The notes under the pieces were generated by a model. The model worked only from the letters and a program-made list of their open reading frames with translations, had not been told where the DNA came from and did no database searches. The position numbers and the translations under genes are program-made. 64,000 nt of DNA, taken from Nitrospira sp. Its GTDB lineage: Bacteria; Nitrospirota; Nitrospiria; Nitrospirales; Nitrospiraceae. The stretch covers positions 96,001 to 160,000 of the forward strand of contig AP038806.1 of NCBI GenBank assembly GCA_047150005.1. The letters run 5' to 3'. The first letter of the stretch is position 1; every line of letters begins with the position of its first letter. Positions 31,353 through 43,114 of this stretch are shown here, piece by piece.

Positions 31353-32915
31353 GTGAGCGATCCCAAGCCCATCGACGCCCAGGCCTCGACCGATCAACTT
31401 CAGCCGTTCCTAACCCACGAGAAATCTCTCTCGCACAAGATCGCCCAGGGATCGGAAGCCGGGGACATCCTCGACCAGCAGATGGTGATGCTGGGCTTCC
31501 AGCTCATCACCCAACTAAACACGTTGATCAAGACCTCCCGCATTCACGGCCGCACGAACTCGGCGCTGGACAAGCCGGTCGAGGCGATGCTGACGATCGT
31601 CCATACGCTGACGCACGATCAACCCGTGACGCTCCGGCTCCAAAACGACTTCTTGTTTCTGGGTGACAGCCACCTCAAAGTCAACGCCCAGCAGATGACG
31701 GTGGTCGCCAGCGTCATCGACGCGATGAACAAATGGAGAATCGGCGGCTTTACGTTCACCGCCTCGGTCGCCTCCAAGGATCTCAGAGAATTCGCCCATC
31801 TGTTTGTCACACTCGATCCGACGGCCAAGACCGTCGAGGACTTTCGGCAGGAACTCAAGCAGCTCGGCATCGCGAGCATCGAGATCGAAGACCCTCGCGA
31901 GCTTGTCCTCAAGGATGATGCCGGCACGACCGGGGCCGCCCCCTCTGAGGCCGAACAGAAGGACCAGCACAAGGTCAATGCCAAATCGGCATACGGGAAA
32001 GCGGCGGGCGCGCTGGGACACCTGTCGCAATCCGCGCGCGACGGAGGAACGCTCAACTTCAAGCAGGCCAAGCGGGCGATTCAGAACATCGTCGACCTGA
32101 TGATGCACGACGAATCGACCCTGCTCGGCCTCACGAACCTTCGCTGCCACGACCAATATACCCATAACCACTCGGTCAACGTCGCCCTGCTGTCGATGGC
32201 CCTGGGCAACCGCGCCGGATATCCGAAAGCCGAGCTGGCCGATCTCGGCATGGCCGCCCTCTTTCACGACGTCGGCAAGTGCGCGATCTCGCTCGACGTG
32301 CTGAACAAGCCCGGCGAGTTCACCAAGGAAGAGTGGGACATGATGCGCACGCACCCGACGGAGGGCGTACTGACGCTCATTCAGCTGCGCGGCCTCGGCA
32401 ACGTCCCGGCCCGCATGGCGTCGGCGTCGTTCGAACATCACATGAATTTCGATTTTTCCGGCTACCCGAAACTGGCGGTGCCCTGGACGCAAAGTCTCTC
32501 CAGCCGCATCGTCACGATCGCCGACTGTTACGACGCGATGACGTCCTCGCGGGTCTATCGGCGGGAGCCGATGTCGCCGGCGAACGTCCTGAAGTTCATG
32601 TTCAACAAGAGCGGGCAATCGTTCGATCCGGTCCTGCTGAAGCTGTTCGTCAACTGCGTGGGCATCATCCCGATCGGCAGTCTGGTGATGCTGGAGTCCG
32701 AAGAGCTGGCCGTCGTCATGAAAACGCCCGTGGACAAGGCCAACGCCGAGCGACCGGTCGTCAAGGTCATCGCCGACGCCCAGGGCAACCTCAGAGAGGA
32801 GAGTCCGGACCTGGATCTAAGCCTTCAGGACGACACCGGCGCCTACCCGAACAGCATCCTGCGGCTGGTCGACAATACGGAATACAAGTTCGACACCAGT
32901 CGGTACTTCGTCTAG
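31353..32915 (+). CDS. HD-GYP domain phosphohydrolase
   Basis: HSVNV, HDVGK, EHH...SGYP, IADCYDAM. Confidence 0.9.
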   Translation: MSDPKPIDAQASTDQLQPFLTHEKSLSHKIAQGSEAGDILDQQMVMLGFQLITQLNTLIKTSRIHGRTNSALDKPVEAMLTIVHTLTHDQPVTLRLQNDFLFLGDSHLKVNAQQMTVVASVIDAMNKWRIGGFTFTASVASKDLREFAHLFVTLDPTAKTVEDFRQELKQLGIASIEIEDPRELVLKDDAGTTGAAPSEAEQKDQHKVNAKSAYGKAAGALGHLSQSARDGGTLNFKQAKRAIQNIVDLMMHDESTLLGLTNLRCHDQYTHNHSVNVALLSMALGNRAGYPKAELADLGMAALFHDVGKCAISLDVLNKPGEFTKEEWDMMRTHPTEGVLTLIQLRGLGNVPARMASASFEHHMNFDFSGYPKLAVPWTQSLSSRIVTIADCYDAMTSSRVYRREPMSPANVLKFMFNKSGQSFDPVLLKLFVNCVGIIPIGSLVMLESEELAVVMKTPVDKANAERPVVKVIADAQGNLREESPDLDLSLQDDTGAYPNSILRLVDNTEYKFDTSRYFV

Positions 32916-33004
32916 CCCTCCAATCTCTTGACAGCGTGCGGCGCCCCCGCTATTCTCGCCAGTTGAATTCGGTACCGACTTCTCACCATCAAGGAGTTCT
33001 CCCT

Positions 33005-33565
33005 ATGTTTAGACCGATCACTCTCGCGCGGCAGTCCATGCTTTCGTTCTGTGCCGCGGCCCTGCTCTGTCTTGCCTCGGCGCCCGCGCAGGCGGCCGAA
33101 GCGTTCAAGATGGGCGTCATTGATCCCCAGAGCGTGCTGGAGAAATCCAAGGCGGGCCGGCGGGCGCTCGATGGGCTCAAGGAATATGTCTCGACGCGCC
33201 AGAAGCTCCTGTCTCGCGACGAAGAGGAATTGCGGAACACGGAAAAGACGCTGAAGGAATCGGCCTCGAAGCTCAGCGAGGCGGAAAAGAAGGAAAAAGA
33301 AGCGCAGTTCCGGAGCAAGATTCAGGACTACCAGAAGCGCGCGCAGGAATTTAATCAGGAACTGCAGGGCAAGCAGAAGCAGATCGTCGAGGAATACATG
33401 AAGAAGATCGCCGCAGCGACCCAGACGGTCGCAGAAAAGGGCGGCTTCTCTCTGATCGTCGACAAGGGCAGCGAGCAAACCGTCAAGATCGTGATCTACA
33501 ACAAAGATACAATCGACATCACCGAGCAGGTCATCAAGGAATTCGACCGGGTCAACCCCAAGTAA
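33005..33565 (+). CDS. Skp/OmpH periplasmic chaperone
   Basis: Signal peptide, KMGVID, coiled coil, DITEQVIK. Confidence 0.88.
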   Translation: MFRPITLARQSMLSFCAAALLCLASAPAQAAEAFKMGVIDPQSVLEKSKAGRRALDGLKEYVSTRQKLLSRDEEELRNTEKTLKESASKLSEAEKKEKEAQFRSKIQDYQKRAQEFNQELQGKQKQIVEEYMKKIAAATQTVAEKGGFSLIVDKGSEQTVKIVIYNKDTIDITEQVIKEFDRVNPK

Positions 33566-33604
33566 CCCTCGGCGCGTGACGGGACGGCCGGTTCGGGGAT
33601 CCCG

Positions 33605-33973
33605 TTACGGCGCCATCGGATAGCCGGCTTCCCTCCAAGCCTTGATCCCCCCGTCCATCGACGTCACGTTCGAGTACCCCATCTGCGCCAGTGCGTCCGC
33701 GGCCAGTATCGACCGAAACCCTCCGCCGCAATAGAGAATGATCGAGGCGCCCTTGTCCAGCACCACCGATTCGATATCGCGTTCGATGATGCCTTTGCCG
33801 AGATGGCGGGCCCCTTTCGCATGCGCCTGCTGAAATTCGTTGTCTTCCCGCACGTCGATGAAGTGCGCCACCTCACCGCGGTCCAACCGTCCCTTGGCCT
33901 CGGCCACTGTGCATTCTTTCACCCGGCGGCGGGTACCCTCCACCAATCTCAGAAACGATTCGTTGTGCTTCAT
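33605..33973 (-). CDS. Rhodanese-like sulfurtransferase
   Basis: IDVRE, YCGGGFRS, MDGG..AW. Confidence 0.9.
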   Translation of the reverse strand: MKHNESFLRLVEGTRRRVKECTVAEAKGRLDRGEVAHFIDVREDNEFQQAHAKGARHLGKGIIERDIESVVLDKGASIILYCGGGFRSILAADALAQMGYSNVTSMDGGIKAWREAGYPMAP

Positions 33974-34001
33974 GCCGGCTCCTTATGATGAACGTGACGA
34001 C

Positions 34002-35006
34002 CTAAAATAACACGGCCTGCGCTCCCTCAGGGCGACGAAACGTCTGCGGTACGGTTTCATGGTCGAGCGAAGAGAATCCCGCCTTCCGCTTGGCCACCGC
34101 GAACAGTTGTTCCACCATACTCCAGTAGGTCCCCGTGCCGCGGTGACGACGGAAGTACGCGCCGTCGGTCATCGTACCGGCGCGGACCTCCTGGATGCGA
34201 TGCACGATCTTCGCCTTGCGATCCGGAAACGCCTCGCCGATTCTCTGGAGAAACACATCCTCGACCGGCCCGGACAAACGTACCAGCGTCGACATCGCTT
34301 CCGTGGCCCCGGCCGCCCCGGCTCGCTCGAGCAACTCAGGAATATCCTCGTCGTTCAGGCCCGGAATAATCGGAGACACCGAGATACCCGTGGAGATGCC
34401 GGCGTCCCTCAGGGCAGCCATGGCCTCGAATCGTTTTCGGCTGGACGGCGCATGTGGTTCCATCCGGCGGGCCACGGCATCGTCCGCGAACGGGATGCTG
34501 AAATAGACCCGCACCCAGGCCTCACGCCGAAGCCGTTCGAGCACGTCCACATCGCGAAGCACCAGAATGCCCTTTGTAATGATGCCCACGGGGTTCCGGT
34601 ATTCCGCGCAGATTTCCAGACAGGCCCGAGTCAGCTCGAACGACGCTTCCGCCGGCTGATAACAATCGGTATTCCCGGAAAAAACGATCACCTCCCCGCT
34701 CCAGGACCGTTTGTCGAACGTCCGTCGAAGCAGACGCGGGGCATCCCGTTTGACGACGATCTTAGATTCGAAATCGGTCCCGGCGCCGAAACCCCAATAC
34801 TCGTGAGTCGGCCGCGCATAACAGTAGGCGCAGGCATGGAAACAACCTCGATACGGATTGAGGCTCCACCGAAACGACAGGTCCGGGCTGTCGTTTCGGC
34901 TGAGAATCTCCCTGGTGGCATCGTCGTACATTTGAAGCCGGCCGGGAGGCGCAGGCTCGAGATATTCCCGGTGGCGGGATTCGAACGGATTGGGGGGATT
35001 GGACAT
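34002..35006 (-). CDS. Radical SAM protein, PA0069/Rv2578c family
   Basis: NPYRGCFHACAYCYARP. Confidence 0.9.
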   Translation of the reverse strand: MSNPPNPFESRHREYLEPAPPGRLQMYDDATREILSRNDSPDLSFRWSLNPYRGCFHACAYCYARPTHEYWGFGAGTDFESKIVVKRDAPRLLRRTFDKRSWSGEVIVFSGNTDCYQPAEASFELTRACLEICAEYRNPVGIITKGILVLRDVDVLERLRREAWVRVYFSIPFADDAVARRMEPHAPSSRKRFEAMAALRDAGISTGISVSPIIPGLNDEDIPELLERAGAAGATEAMSTLVRLSGPVEDVFLQRIGEAFPDRKAKIVHRIQEVRAGTMTDGAYFRRHRGTGTYWSMVEQLFAVAKRKAGFSSLDHETVPQTFRRPEGAQAVLF

Positions 35007-35218
35007 GGCGCGCATGCGCTATCGTCGCTTTCCGCGCCATGCGCTGTCAACCTGAGTGAGCCACGGCCTTCTCCTCAGCATTGAGCCTTGATCAAGGAGT
35101 GGATGCTCGTTTTCGCGGGCATGACGCAAGAGGAAACCGACCCACGACCGGGCCACGACAGATATCGGCCGCGCCGACCGAACGGACACGTTGCACGGGT
35201 GCGTTGCGGGTGCGTTGA

Positions 35219-36559
<1,341 letters not shown>

Positions 36560-36775
36560 CTTCTGACACCTTCCCCGCGTCTGCCTGCCCGCCGCATGGC
36601 TTCGGCACAGGCAGGCGTGGGGTGTCCGTCCCTGTCCGAACCGGGACAGGCACCCTCGCCGAGCCCTTGTGAGCGATGGCGGCGTCGGACGAGAGAACAG
36701 CTTGGTGGAGCCCCACGGCTTGGCAGCCTTGGCTCCCTGCGCAGGCGGATGAAGAATGATCCGGCCGGTGGGATG

Positions 36776-36952
36776 TCAGGCCGCGGGCTGATGCACGTCG
36801 GCCTCTCGGGATCGGTGGTCCGTGTAAAAACGGTGATGACAGGTCTTGCATCGCCAGGGGAACAGGCCGAACAGTCGTCGGAAGAAGTCCTGCCAGTGAT
36901 GACGGTTGGAGCGAGAGCGAGAACAGGCAGGAGACGCACACAGGGGGCACAT
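36776..36952 (-). CDS. Small zinc-ribbon protein
   Basis: CPLC...WRCKTCHHRF. Confidence 0.55.
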   Translation of the reverse strand: MCPLCASPACSRSRSNRHHWQDFFRRLFGLFPWRCKTCHHRFYTDHRSREADVHQPAA

Positions 36953-37260
36953 CACCCCGCTTCCCAATAGCCGCCGATTCCTCACCCCGGTACCTTTGAA
37001 CACGAGTCTGAACATCTGACCAAGCGTAGCTCAGCTCCCGGATCTGTCAACTGGAAGCGACGTCGTAGGGATGAGCCGGCCTGGTGTGCGGGTGAACAAT
37101 CGCGTGAAGGTCTACAGGCCGGCCTCGGCTGCCTTGACCCAGAGCACAGGATGGGGACCGCCAATCGGCGCGATGGGATGGTCTCCGGAGCGGATTTGAT
37201 GGAGAGGTTGCACGAGAGCTCTGCCACAGTTCAGCCGCATGTATGAATTCCACATGGCCC

Positions 37261-37300
37261 TTGACTGCGGTGCCATGTGGCAGTATCATTTTGCCACATG
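37261..37300 (+). promoter_or_regulatory. Sigma70 promoter with operator palindrome for the Xre-RES operon
   Basis: TTGACT-17-TATCAT; CATGTGGCA/TGCCACATG inverted repeat brackets the -10. Confidence 0.7.
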
Positions 37301-37317
37301 CTCAAAGAGCTCGGGTC

Positions 37318-37755
37318 ATGACGCAGGCTGAAGAACTATTCAAAACATTAGGTGGAACAGGCGTTTTTAAGCGTCACTTCCGCTCGATGGAAGAGGTTCG
37401 CGCGATTATTCACAAGGGACTTCCCTATAAGTCGCTCGAAGCGATCCAAGCGAAATATCATCTTGATACGAACGTCATTATGAAGATCATCAGTGTCCCC
37501 GCCAGGACGATGGCTCGTCGCAAGGAAGAGCAACGCCTTAGCGCACAAGAGTCAGATCGTTTGTCACGTGTAGCCAGGATTTTGGCGTACGCCACTCAAG
37601 TTTTTGGTACGGACGAAAAAGCTTCAGCATGGCTCACGAGACCCAATCGGATTTTACAACGCACCGCTGCTCCGATAGATCTGCTTGATACCGACACAGG
37701 CACCCAAGTCGTTGAAACGATGTTGGGGCGCATCGATCACGGTGTCATAGGCTAA
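37318..37755 (+). CDS. Xre/MbcA/ParS-type antitoxin
   Basis: GLPY, RLSAQESDRL, AWLTRPN, PIDLL. Confidence 0.9.
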   Translation: MTQAEELFKTLGGTGVFKRHFRSMEEVRAIIHKGLPYKSLEAIQAKYHLDTNVIMKIISVPARTMARRKEEQRLSAQESDRLSRVARILAYATQVFGTDEKASAWLTRPNRILQRTAAPIDLLDTDTGTQVVETMLGRIDHGVIG

Positions 37756-38211
37756 GTGGTTGTCTGGCGACTCACGCTCAAGAAGCATGTTGCCCCAGAC
37801 GGAGAAGGGGCTCGACGTTATGGAGGACGTTGGAATACACCCGGAACACGAGTCGTCTATACCTCCGGCACACTGTCTCTCGCGGTCCTCGAATATCTTG
37901 TTCATGTCGATTCGGACATACTTCCCGACTCTCTGGTCAGCGTGCGCGCAACAATTCCAAACAGCCTTGCAATAGAAACGATCTTTCCTTCGGACTTGCC
38001 GGGTAATTGGAAGGATACAATGATACCTGTGACCTTACAGGAGCGCGGCACGACGTGGGCTCACAACGGCAAATTCCCCGTCTTAAAGGTTCCATCAGTC
38101 GTGATCGACCACGAATGGAATTATCTCCTCAATCCTTCTCACCCCAACTTTTCTCAGATAACCTGGAGCAGTGCCATTCCGTTTACGTTCGATCCTCGTC
38201 TTCTCAGCTGA
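37756..38211 (+). CDS. RES-domain toxin
   Basis: GGRWN, YTS, LEYLVH, VPSVV, NYLLNP, DPRL. Confidence 0.92.
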   Translation: MVVWRLTLKKHVAPDGEGARRYGGRWNTPGTRVVYTSGTLSLAVLEYLVHVDSDILPDSLVSVRATIPNSLAIETIFPSDLPGNWKDTMIPVTLQERGTTWAHNGKFPVLKVPSVVIDHEWNYLLNPSHPNFSQITWSSAIPFTFDPRLLS

Positions 38212-38367
38212 TCCTCACACCAGATCCATCGACAGTCCGCCGGAAACCCAGGAGGGAATAAGCCAAAGGCGAAATCCGTCTCTCGTCGATACGCCATGGG
38301 TGAAGCGGATTTAACTGGAGAGCTTAAGAAATTGGCCAACCCAAACTCCCAAGTACCTGGAATAATA

Positions 38368-38390
38368 TGGCGGAGGGGGCGAGATTTGAA
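38368..38390. repeat. att core (duplicated tRNA-Ser 3' end)
   Basis: Identical to 50136-50158. Confidence 0.93.
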
Positions 38391-38520
38391 AACGCTTCAG
38401 CCCCCGAGACTATAGACCCCTACCCGTCTCAATCCGTTTCTTCATCAGCACTTACAGAAGGGTCCGAAGTGGACGAACTGCCCATGAAACCCCATGGGAA
38501 AAGATAGTTCTGCCACACTT

Positions 38521-38661
38521 TAGCCACAATGCTCTTTGTATTCGAGGAGAACGAGGGCGACATTACATATGCAAAGCAGTAGATACCGGATTTCGAATTC
38601 GTCTGGTCCCTTACGGCCATGGCCTGCCTCGTCACCTCGGTGCGCAGCGAGCTTGATAATG
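38521..38661 (-). pseudogene. 3' remnant of a gene cut by IS481 (possibly abortive-infection C-terminal-like)
   Basis: Open frame IIKLAAHRGDEAGHGRKGPDEFEIRYLLLCICNVALVLLEYKEHCG* abutting the IS end. Confidence 0.35.
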
Positions 38662-39810
38662 TGTGGAAGCTAGAACTTAATCTGACAGTCAGCTAGAGTC
38701 CTCCCTCTTCACGAAAGGAGCGAGGACCATGACGACGGAACAAAAGATCATTAAGACGAAAGTCGGCGTGCTGGAACTGGCGAAGCAGCTCGGCAATGTC
38801 TCCAAAGCCTGCCAGCTGATGGGGTATAGCCGCGATAGTTTCTATCGATTCAAGGAACTCTACGAGACCGGCGGCGAGGCCGCGCTTCAAGAGATTTCGC
38901 GGCAGAAGCCGCTCCTCAAGAATCGGGTGGCACCCGAGGTGGAACAGGCCATCGTGCAGATCGCTATTGAGCAACCCGCGTGGGGACAAGCCCGCGTGGC
39001 GAATGAACTGCGCAAGCAGGCGCTGTCCATCTCCCCAGCGGGCGTGCGCTGTATCTGGCTCCGCCATGATCTCGCAACGATGCGGAAACGCTTAAAGGCA
39101 CTGGAAGCGAAGGTAGCCCAAGCGGGACTGGTGCTTACCGAGGCCCAAGTCGTGGCGCTGGAGAAGGCGACGGCGGACAAAGAGGCCCACGGCGAATTTG
39201 AGAGCGAATGTCCCGGCTACTGCGGCGCGCAGGATACGTTCTACGTCGGCACCTTGAAGGGCGTCGGCCGCATCTACCAGCAAACCTTCATCGATACCTA
39301 CAGCAAGGTGGGATTTGCGAAGCTGTACGACCGCAAGACGCCGGTGACGGCCGCGGAATTGCTCAATGATCGGGTCTTGCCGTTCTTCGAGCAGCATGCC
39401 ATTCCGCTGAACCGTGTGCTCACGGATCGCGGCACGGAATACTGTGGAACTCCGGAGCGCCATGAGTACGAACTCTATCTGGCCGTGGAGAACATCGATC
39501 ATACGCGCACCAAGACGCGGCATCCCCAGACCAACGGGATCTGTGAACGGTTCCACAAGACCATGTTGAACGAGTTTTACCGCGTGGCGCTCCGCAAGAA
39601 GATCTATCGAACGCTGGAGGACCTCCAGGCTGACTTGGATGCGTGGATCCAGGAGTACAACGAGCAGCGCCCCCACCAAGGGCGCTGGTGCTATGGCAAG
39701 ACACCGATGCAGACGTTTCTCGATAGTGTGCCACTGGCCAAGGAGAAAATGTTAGCGGCCTAAACCCGGTGAGGACTCGCTGTCTGTCAGATGAAGTCGT
39801 GAGTTATACA
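38662..39810 (+). mobile_element. IS481-family insertion sequence
   Basis: TGT...ACA ends with imperfect 29-bp inverted repeats (shared ATCTGACAG core); no target duplication. Confidence 0.88.
38729..39763 (+). CDS. IS481-family DDE transposase
   Basis: HTH plus [22 protein letters not shown]. Confidence 0.95.
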   Translation: MTTEQKIIKTKVGVLELAKQLGNVSKACQLMGYSRDSFYRFKELYETGGEAALQEISRQKPLLKNRVAPEVEQAIVQIAIEQPAWGQARVANELRKQALSISPAGVRCIWLRHDLATMRKRLKALEAKVAQAGLVLTEAQVVALEKATADKEAHGEFESECPGYCGAQDTFYVGTLKGVGRIYQQTFIDTYSKVGFAKLYDRKTPVTAAELLNDRVLPFFEQHAIPLNRVLTDRGTEYCGTPERHEYELYLAVENIDHTRTKTRHPQTNGICERFHKTMLNEFYRVALRKKIYRTLEDLQADLDAWIQEYNEQRPHQGRWCYGKTPMQTFLDSVPLAKEKMLAA

Positions 39811-40323
39811 AATCAATATAGTATCCGCGAATGAAATAAATGAGATTTGAGGATACGCTATTCCCAGTTGATCGATTTCTGCTCGTAAGCGGAGCACCAG
39901 GGCTTTTGTGATTAGTCCCTTTTGCAGAGCCTCCTTAGCCCCTATGGCATCGACGTATCCGTACACCGAGTAGGGCCGCACATAGAGGGTGTCAAGCCAT
40001 GGGCCCTTTACGAAAATGCGCGGCTTCTCATCCCACCGCCACGACCCAACACAGCATACAAATTCCGATCTGGGAAGGTTGACGATGACCTCATGAAACC
40101 TGTCGAAGCTGTTCGGATACCAGGACAACTCTAGAAATCCATCCCGTATCTGTCTAACGGCGACCGGTGCAACGTACCCAACTGGTTCATACTCGCCGCG
40201 ATCAAATACCTTGAGCAAGGATTTCTCATACTCGTCAATATATTGCTCATCCATCATGTAACAGTCCCGATCTAGCGGAATATTCTCGAAACTGTACTTA
40301 TCGAAATGCTCGTGCACAAACAT
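39811..40323 (-). pseudogene. IS-truncated gene; the C-terminal part resembles the start of a class III nucleotide-cyclase fold
   Basis: YGYVDAIG...ISFADTILI, then runs into the IS481 end. Confidence 0.45.
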
Positions 40324-40396
40324 GTTCTAAATACTTGGGTTCAGCCAAGTAATCCTTGCCCTTGCCCAACTTCTCCCTGCGCTTCTACAATCTCCC

Positions 40397-40771
40397 ATGC
40401 TCACCCCTGAGGACCTCAAGCCGGGAACCATGGTGGTCCTCCTCTCCGATCATTCCCAACCTGCGGGGAGTCTCGCCATTGTGGAAAATGCTGGCCTCAA
40501 TTGGCGAAGCGAGTGGGAAGGCGCCATGCGCTGGCTGCATCTCAGAGGAGTCAGGGGTCAACCAAGAAGGAGCCGTTCATTCGTCTTGGCTCACGACCTC
40601 AGCAAGTTTGCCCTGGCCACCCCGGAACAGATTGAGGCGGCAATGGCACCGTATCGCCCGGCACCGCCACCACAGTTCAAGCTCGTGCCTGGCTCGGAAT
40701 TTACCATGCGTCGAAGCCGGCGGCGCCCCTTCCATCCCGATCAGCTTGCCCTCTTCGAGGACGGTCAGTAG
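40397..40771 (+). CDS. Hypothetical protein
   Basis: 124-aa ORF ending QLALFEDGQ. Confidence 0.5.
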   Translation: MLTPEDLKPGTMVVLLSDHSQPAGSLAIVENAGLNWRSEWEGAMRWLHLRGVRGQPRRSRSFVLAHDLSKFALATPEQIEAAMAPYRPAPPPQFKLVPGSEFTMRRSRRRPFHPDQLALFEDGQ

Positions 40772-40960
40772 TCGCACTCGCCGCTCTCGAATCGGCGTGA
40801 GCAATTGCTCTTGCTTGGCAATTAAGACCGTAGCCCGTGCGGACAATTCCATAAATGTCTCGGCAGTCATGAAGCCCCCGCTTGCAGGATGCTGGAAGCC
40901 TACCCCACCACTTCACGGTCCGCAATATGATGCTATTCTGAGTCGAGAGACGGGAACCCG

Positions 40961-41863
40961 TCAGTCTTGCGGGATCTCCGCAAATGACAAGGCAAATTGC
41001 GTTGAACTTTTCACGCCTCGAAGAAGCTTAGTGCCTGGCAAATGTTGTCTGACCAATTTGACGATCTCCCCAACCCTATTGTCATCCATTCGACATCCAA
41101 GATAGATCGCTTCAAAGACCTGAGGATTCTCCGGATAGACGTCGAAACCATCACGACTTCCCTTGTGAAGGTGAACACGCCACTCTTTCTCATAGCCCCA
41201 ATCGACATGCTTAATGAGCGATAGGTTCTGACAGAGGTCTCCCCAGTTGAGCGGCTGCTCACCTGTCAGATGCTTCACATAAGTTTCGACGTCAGGAAAG
41301 GGGAGAAAGGAATGACTGTACAACATGGGCCTTGCAGCTAGCAGCGCATTGTCGATTTCGTCAATGCAACGAAGTTTGAATGCAACGCCTCGGTGTTCTT
41401 CTGCATAATGTGACCACATCACCACATTGTCATGTAGCTCTGAAACGCAGAGCACGCGAGACTCCCACAATGTGGCCTGGATTTGCTCGCTCACCTCATC
41501 AATTCCCCCGTTGCAGATTCGATTGGCTGTGTCATTGCAACCTTCGCGCATTTCCTGAATGAGCTCCGCACGCGGTAGCTGATGGCGAATCGGTCGAAGC
41601 GCCAGAATCATATTGGTCAGCAGGGAACCGCCCGTCAGCTCCGGGATGCTCTCGGAAAAAATCAAGCTTTCCGTGGCTTCGAAGAGAAGCCTGGACATTT
41701 CATCGGGGTTAAATGAGAGCATGAAGCCAGTCTGGTTATCAAAAGGGTCATTGAATCTTGTCGGTGAACTCCAGAGAAAACTTCTCGTTTGGATGATCTG
41801 TGTGGCACTCTGAAACGTGGTGTACTTGAAGAAATGGCTTCGATTGTGTCTTCGTGAGGACAT
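40961..41863 (-). CDS. DUF2971 domain protein
   Basis: FNDPFD, MWSHYA, K...W.YEKEWR, IYLG. Confidence 0.88.
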   Translation of the reverse strand: MSSRRHNRSHFFKYTTFQSATQIIQTRSFLWSSPTRFNDPFDNQTGFMLSFNPDEMSRLLFEATESLIFSESIPELTGGSLLTNMILALRPIRHQLPRAELIQEMREGCNDTANRICNGGIDEVSEQIQATLWESRVLCVSELHDNVVMWSHYAEEHRGVAFKLRCIDEIDNALLAARPMLYSHSFLPFPDVETYVKHLTGEQPLNWGDLCQNLSLIKHVDWGYEKEWRVHLHKGSRDGFDVYPENPQVFEAIYLGCRMDDNRVGEIVKLVRQHLPGTKLLRGVKSSTQFALSFAEIPQD

Positions 41864-42048
41864 CGCTTTTCAGCCGCCGAGGTTATCACTCAGCTTTCCT
41901 ATCTATCAACAGTTCTGTTGCGTCTATCAAGATTTGCTCCGATTTGGTAAAAGTCAGCTGGCCCTAACCGGCGCCTGATCCTCGCCGCGATGCACGCAGA
42001 TTGTGGGCAAACATTCAAATTGGCGCAGGCTACAAAAGGAGGCACAGC

Positions 42049-42804
42049 ATGATGCAGAAGCAGGCACGCCCGTACGCTTACGAAATTCCCTCTCTTGATC
42101 CGCTGCCCAGTGTCGAAGAGCTGCGCGCTGTTGTCAACCGGAGAGGATGGGAACCCATTGAAGAGTTTCTCCGTGTCGAGGCGTTGCTTCGCTCAGAGAA
42201 GGCGCGAGAGTTGTACGAAGCGAGCGGTCGCAATCCGAGACAATTTGGTCGGACCTTTGCGACGGCGTTCGGCGTGAGAACAGAAGACCCGTTAAATGCT
42301 GAGCATCATGCGGGGTTATTTCTTGACGAAGCGGAGCCGAATGACTTTCAGAGCCGGTGGCTGGCTGGTGGCGCGATCAATGTTACACAGCAGGTTGCCC
42401 ACCCGAATCAGAAGGTCCGTGAATCTTTGGTCAGGAGTTTCGCACAGCGATTGCTGGGTGCAAATGGCCGGTACATTGTCGTGGAGTTCGACACTGAGCG
42501 GCCCGAAAGTCCACAGCTTGAAGCGGTGAAGACTCTCTTCACAAGCAAACGCAAACCCCTTCCGGCAAGTCCCTTCCGTAATCTCAATGCCTGACTCCAA
42601 TATCTCCAGTGCTATGACCTGCGTCGCCAGGGCTTGACCTTCGGGGAAATTGGCGCGCGAGTCTATACGTCCCGGTCCGGCAAGTCTGGCAAGGCCGTCA
42701 AGCAACGCCAGGGCCGATACGACGAGGCCGAACGTGCCTATAAGAAAGTCAGACGGCTAATCCTGGCTGCTGAACTTCGCTCATGGCCTCCGCGGAATCC
42801 ATAA
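42049..42804 (+). pseudogene. Hypothetical protein with C-terminal HTH-like segment, interrupted by in-frame TGA at 42592-94
   Basis: AAGGAGG RBS; the frame continues 69 codons after the TGA (LQYLQCYDLRRQGLTFGEIGARVY...). Confidence 0.65.
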
Positions 42805-42922
42805 TCAATCGCTCCCCCATCCTTTTCCTTCACCTCTTTCAATAAATTCTCTAGGGGCATTTTAATTTTATCCTACTGCCCCCATTGGTCTGCTCAGTCA
42901 CATGAGATAGGTGTACCGGTGT

Positions 42923-43114
42923 ATGCAAACACCCGTGACACAGCCAAGCCCCAAAACGATCTCACGGACGATTCCGGTTCGGTTCCGTGAGATTGATCTA
43001 GCGGCGTTGGAAGCCGTGATGACCGACTTGAATGTCTCTCAGGCCGAGGCAATTCGTATTTCGGTGCATGCGATGGCGAACAAATTGTCAAAGGAAACGG
43101 ATACGGAAGCATGA
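42923..43114 (+). CDS. Ribbon-helix-helix-like small DNA-binding protein
   Basis: TIPVRF strand followed by two helices (SQAEAIR); ATGA overlap with the next gene. Confidence 0.6.
   Translation: MQTPVTQPSPKTISRTIPVRFREIDLAALEAVMTDLNVSQAEAIRISVHAMANKLSKETDTEA

Noticed and set aside
36575..36655. Hairpins after serS as an ncRNA
   Set aside because: Two short GC-rich inverted repeats, consistent with terminator- or REP-like elements; nothing further supports an RNA gene.
36700..36730. TGGTGGAGCC as a further att/tRNA 3' remnant bounding the Xre-RES segment
   Set aside because: The match is too short and does not continue into a T-arm sequence.
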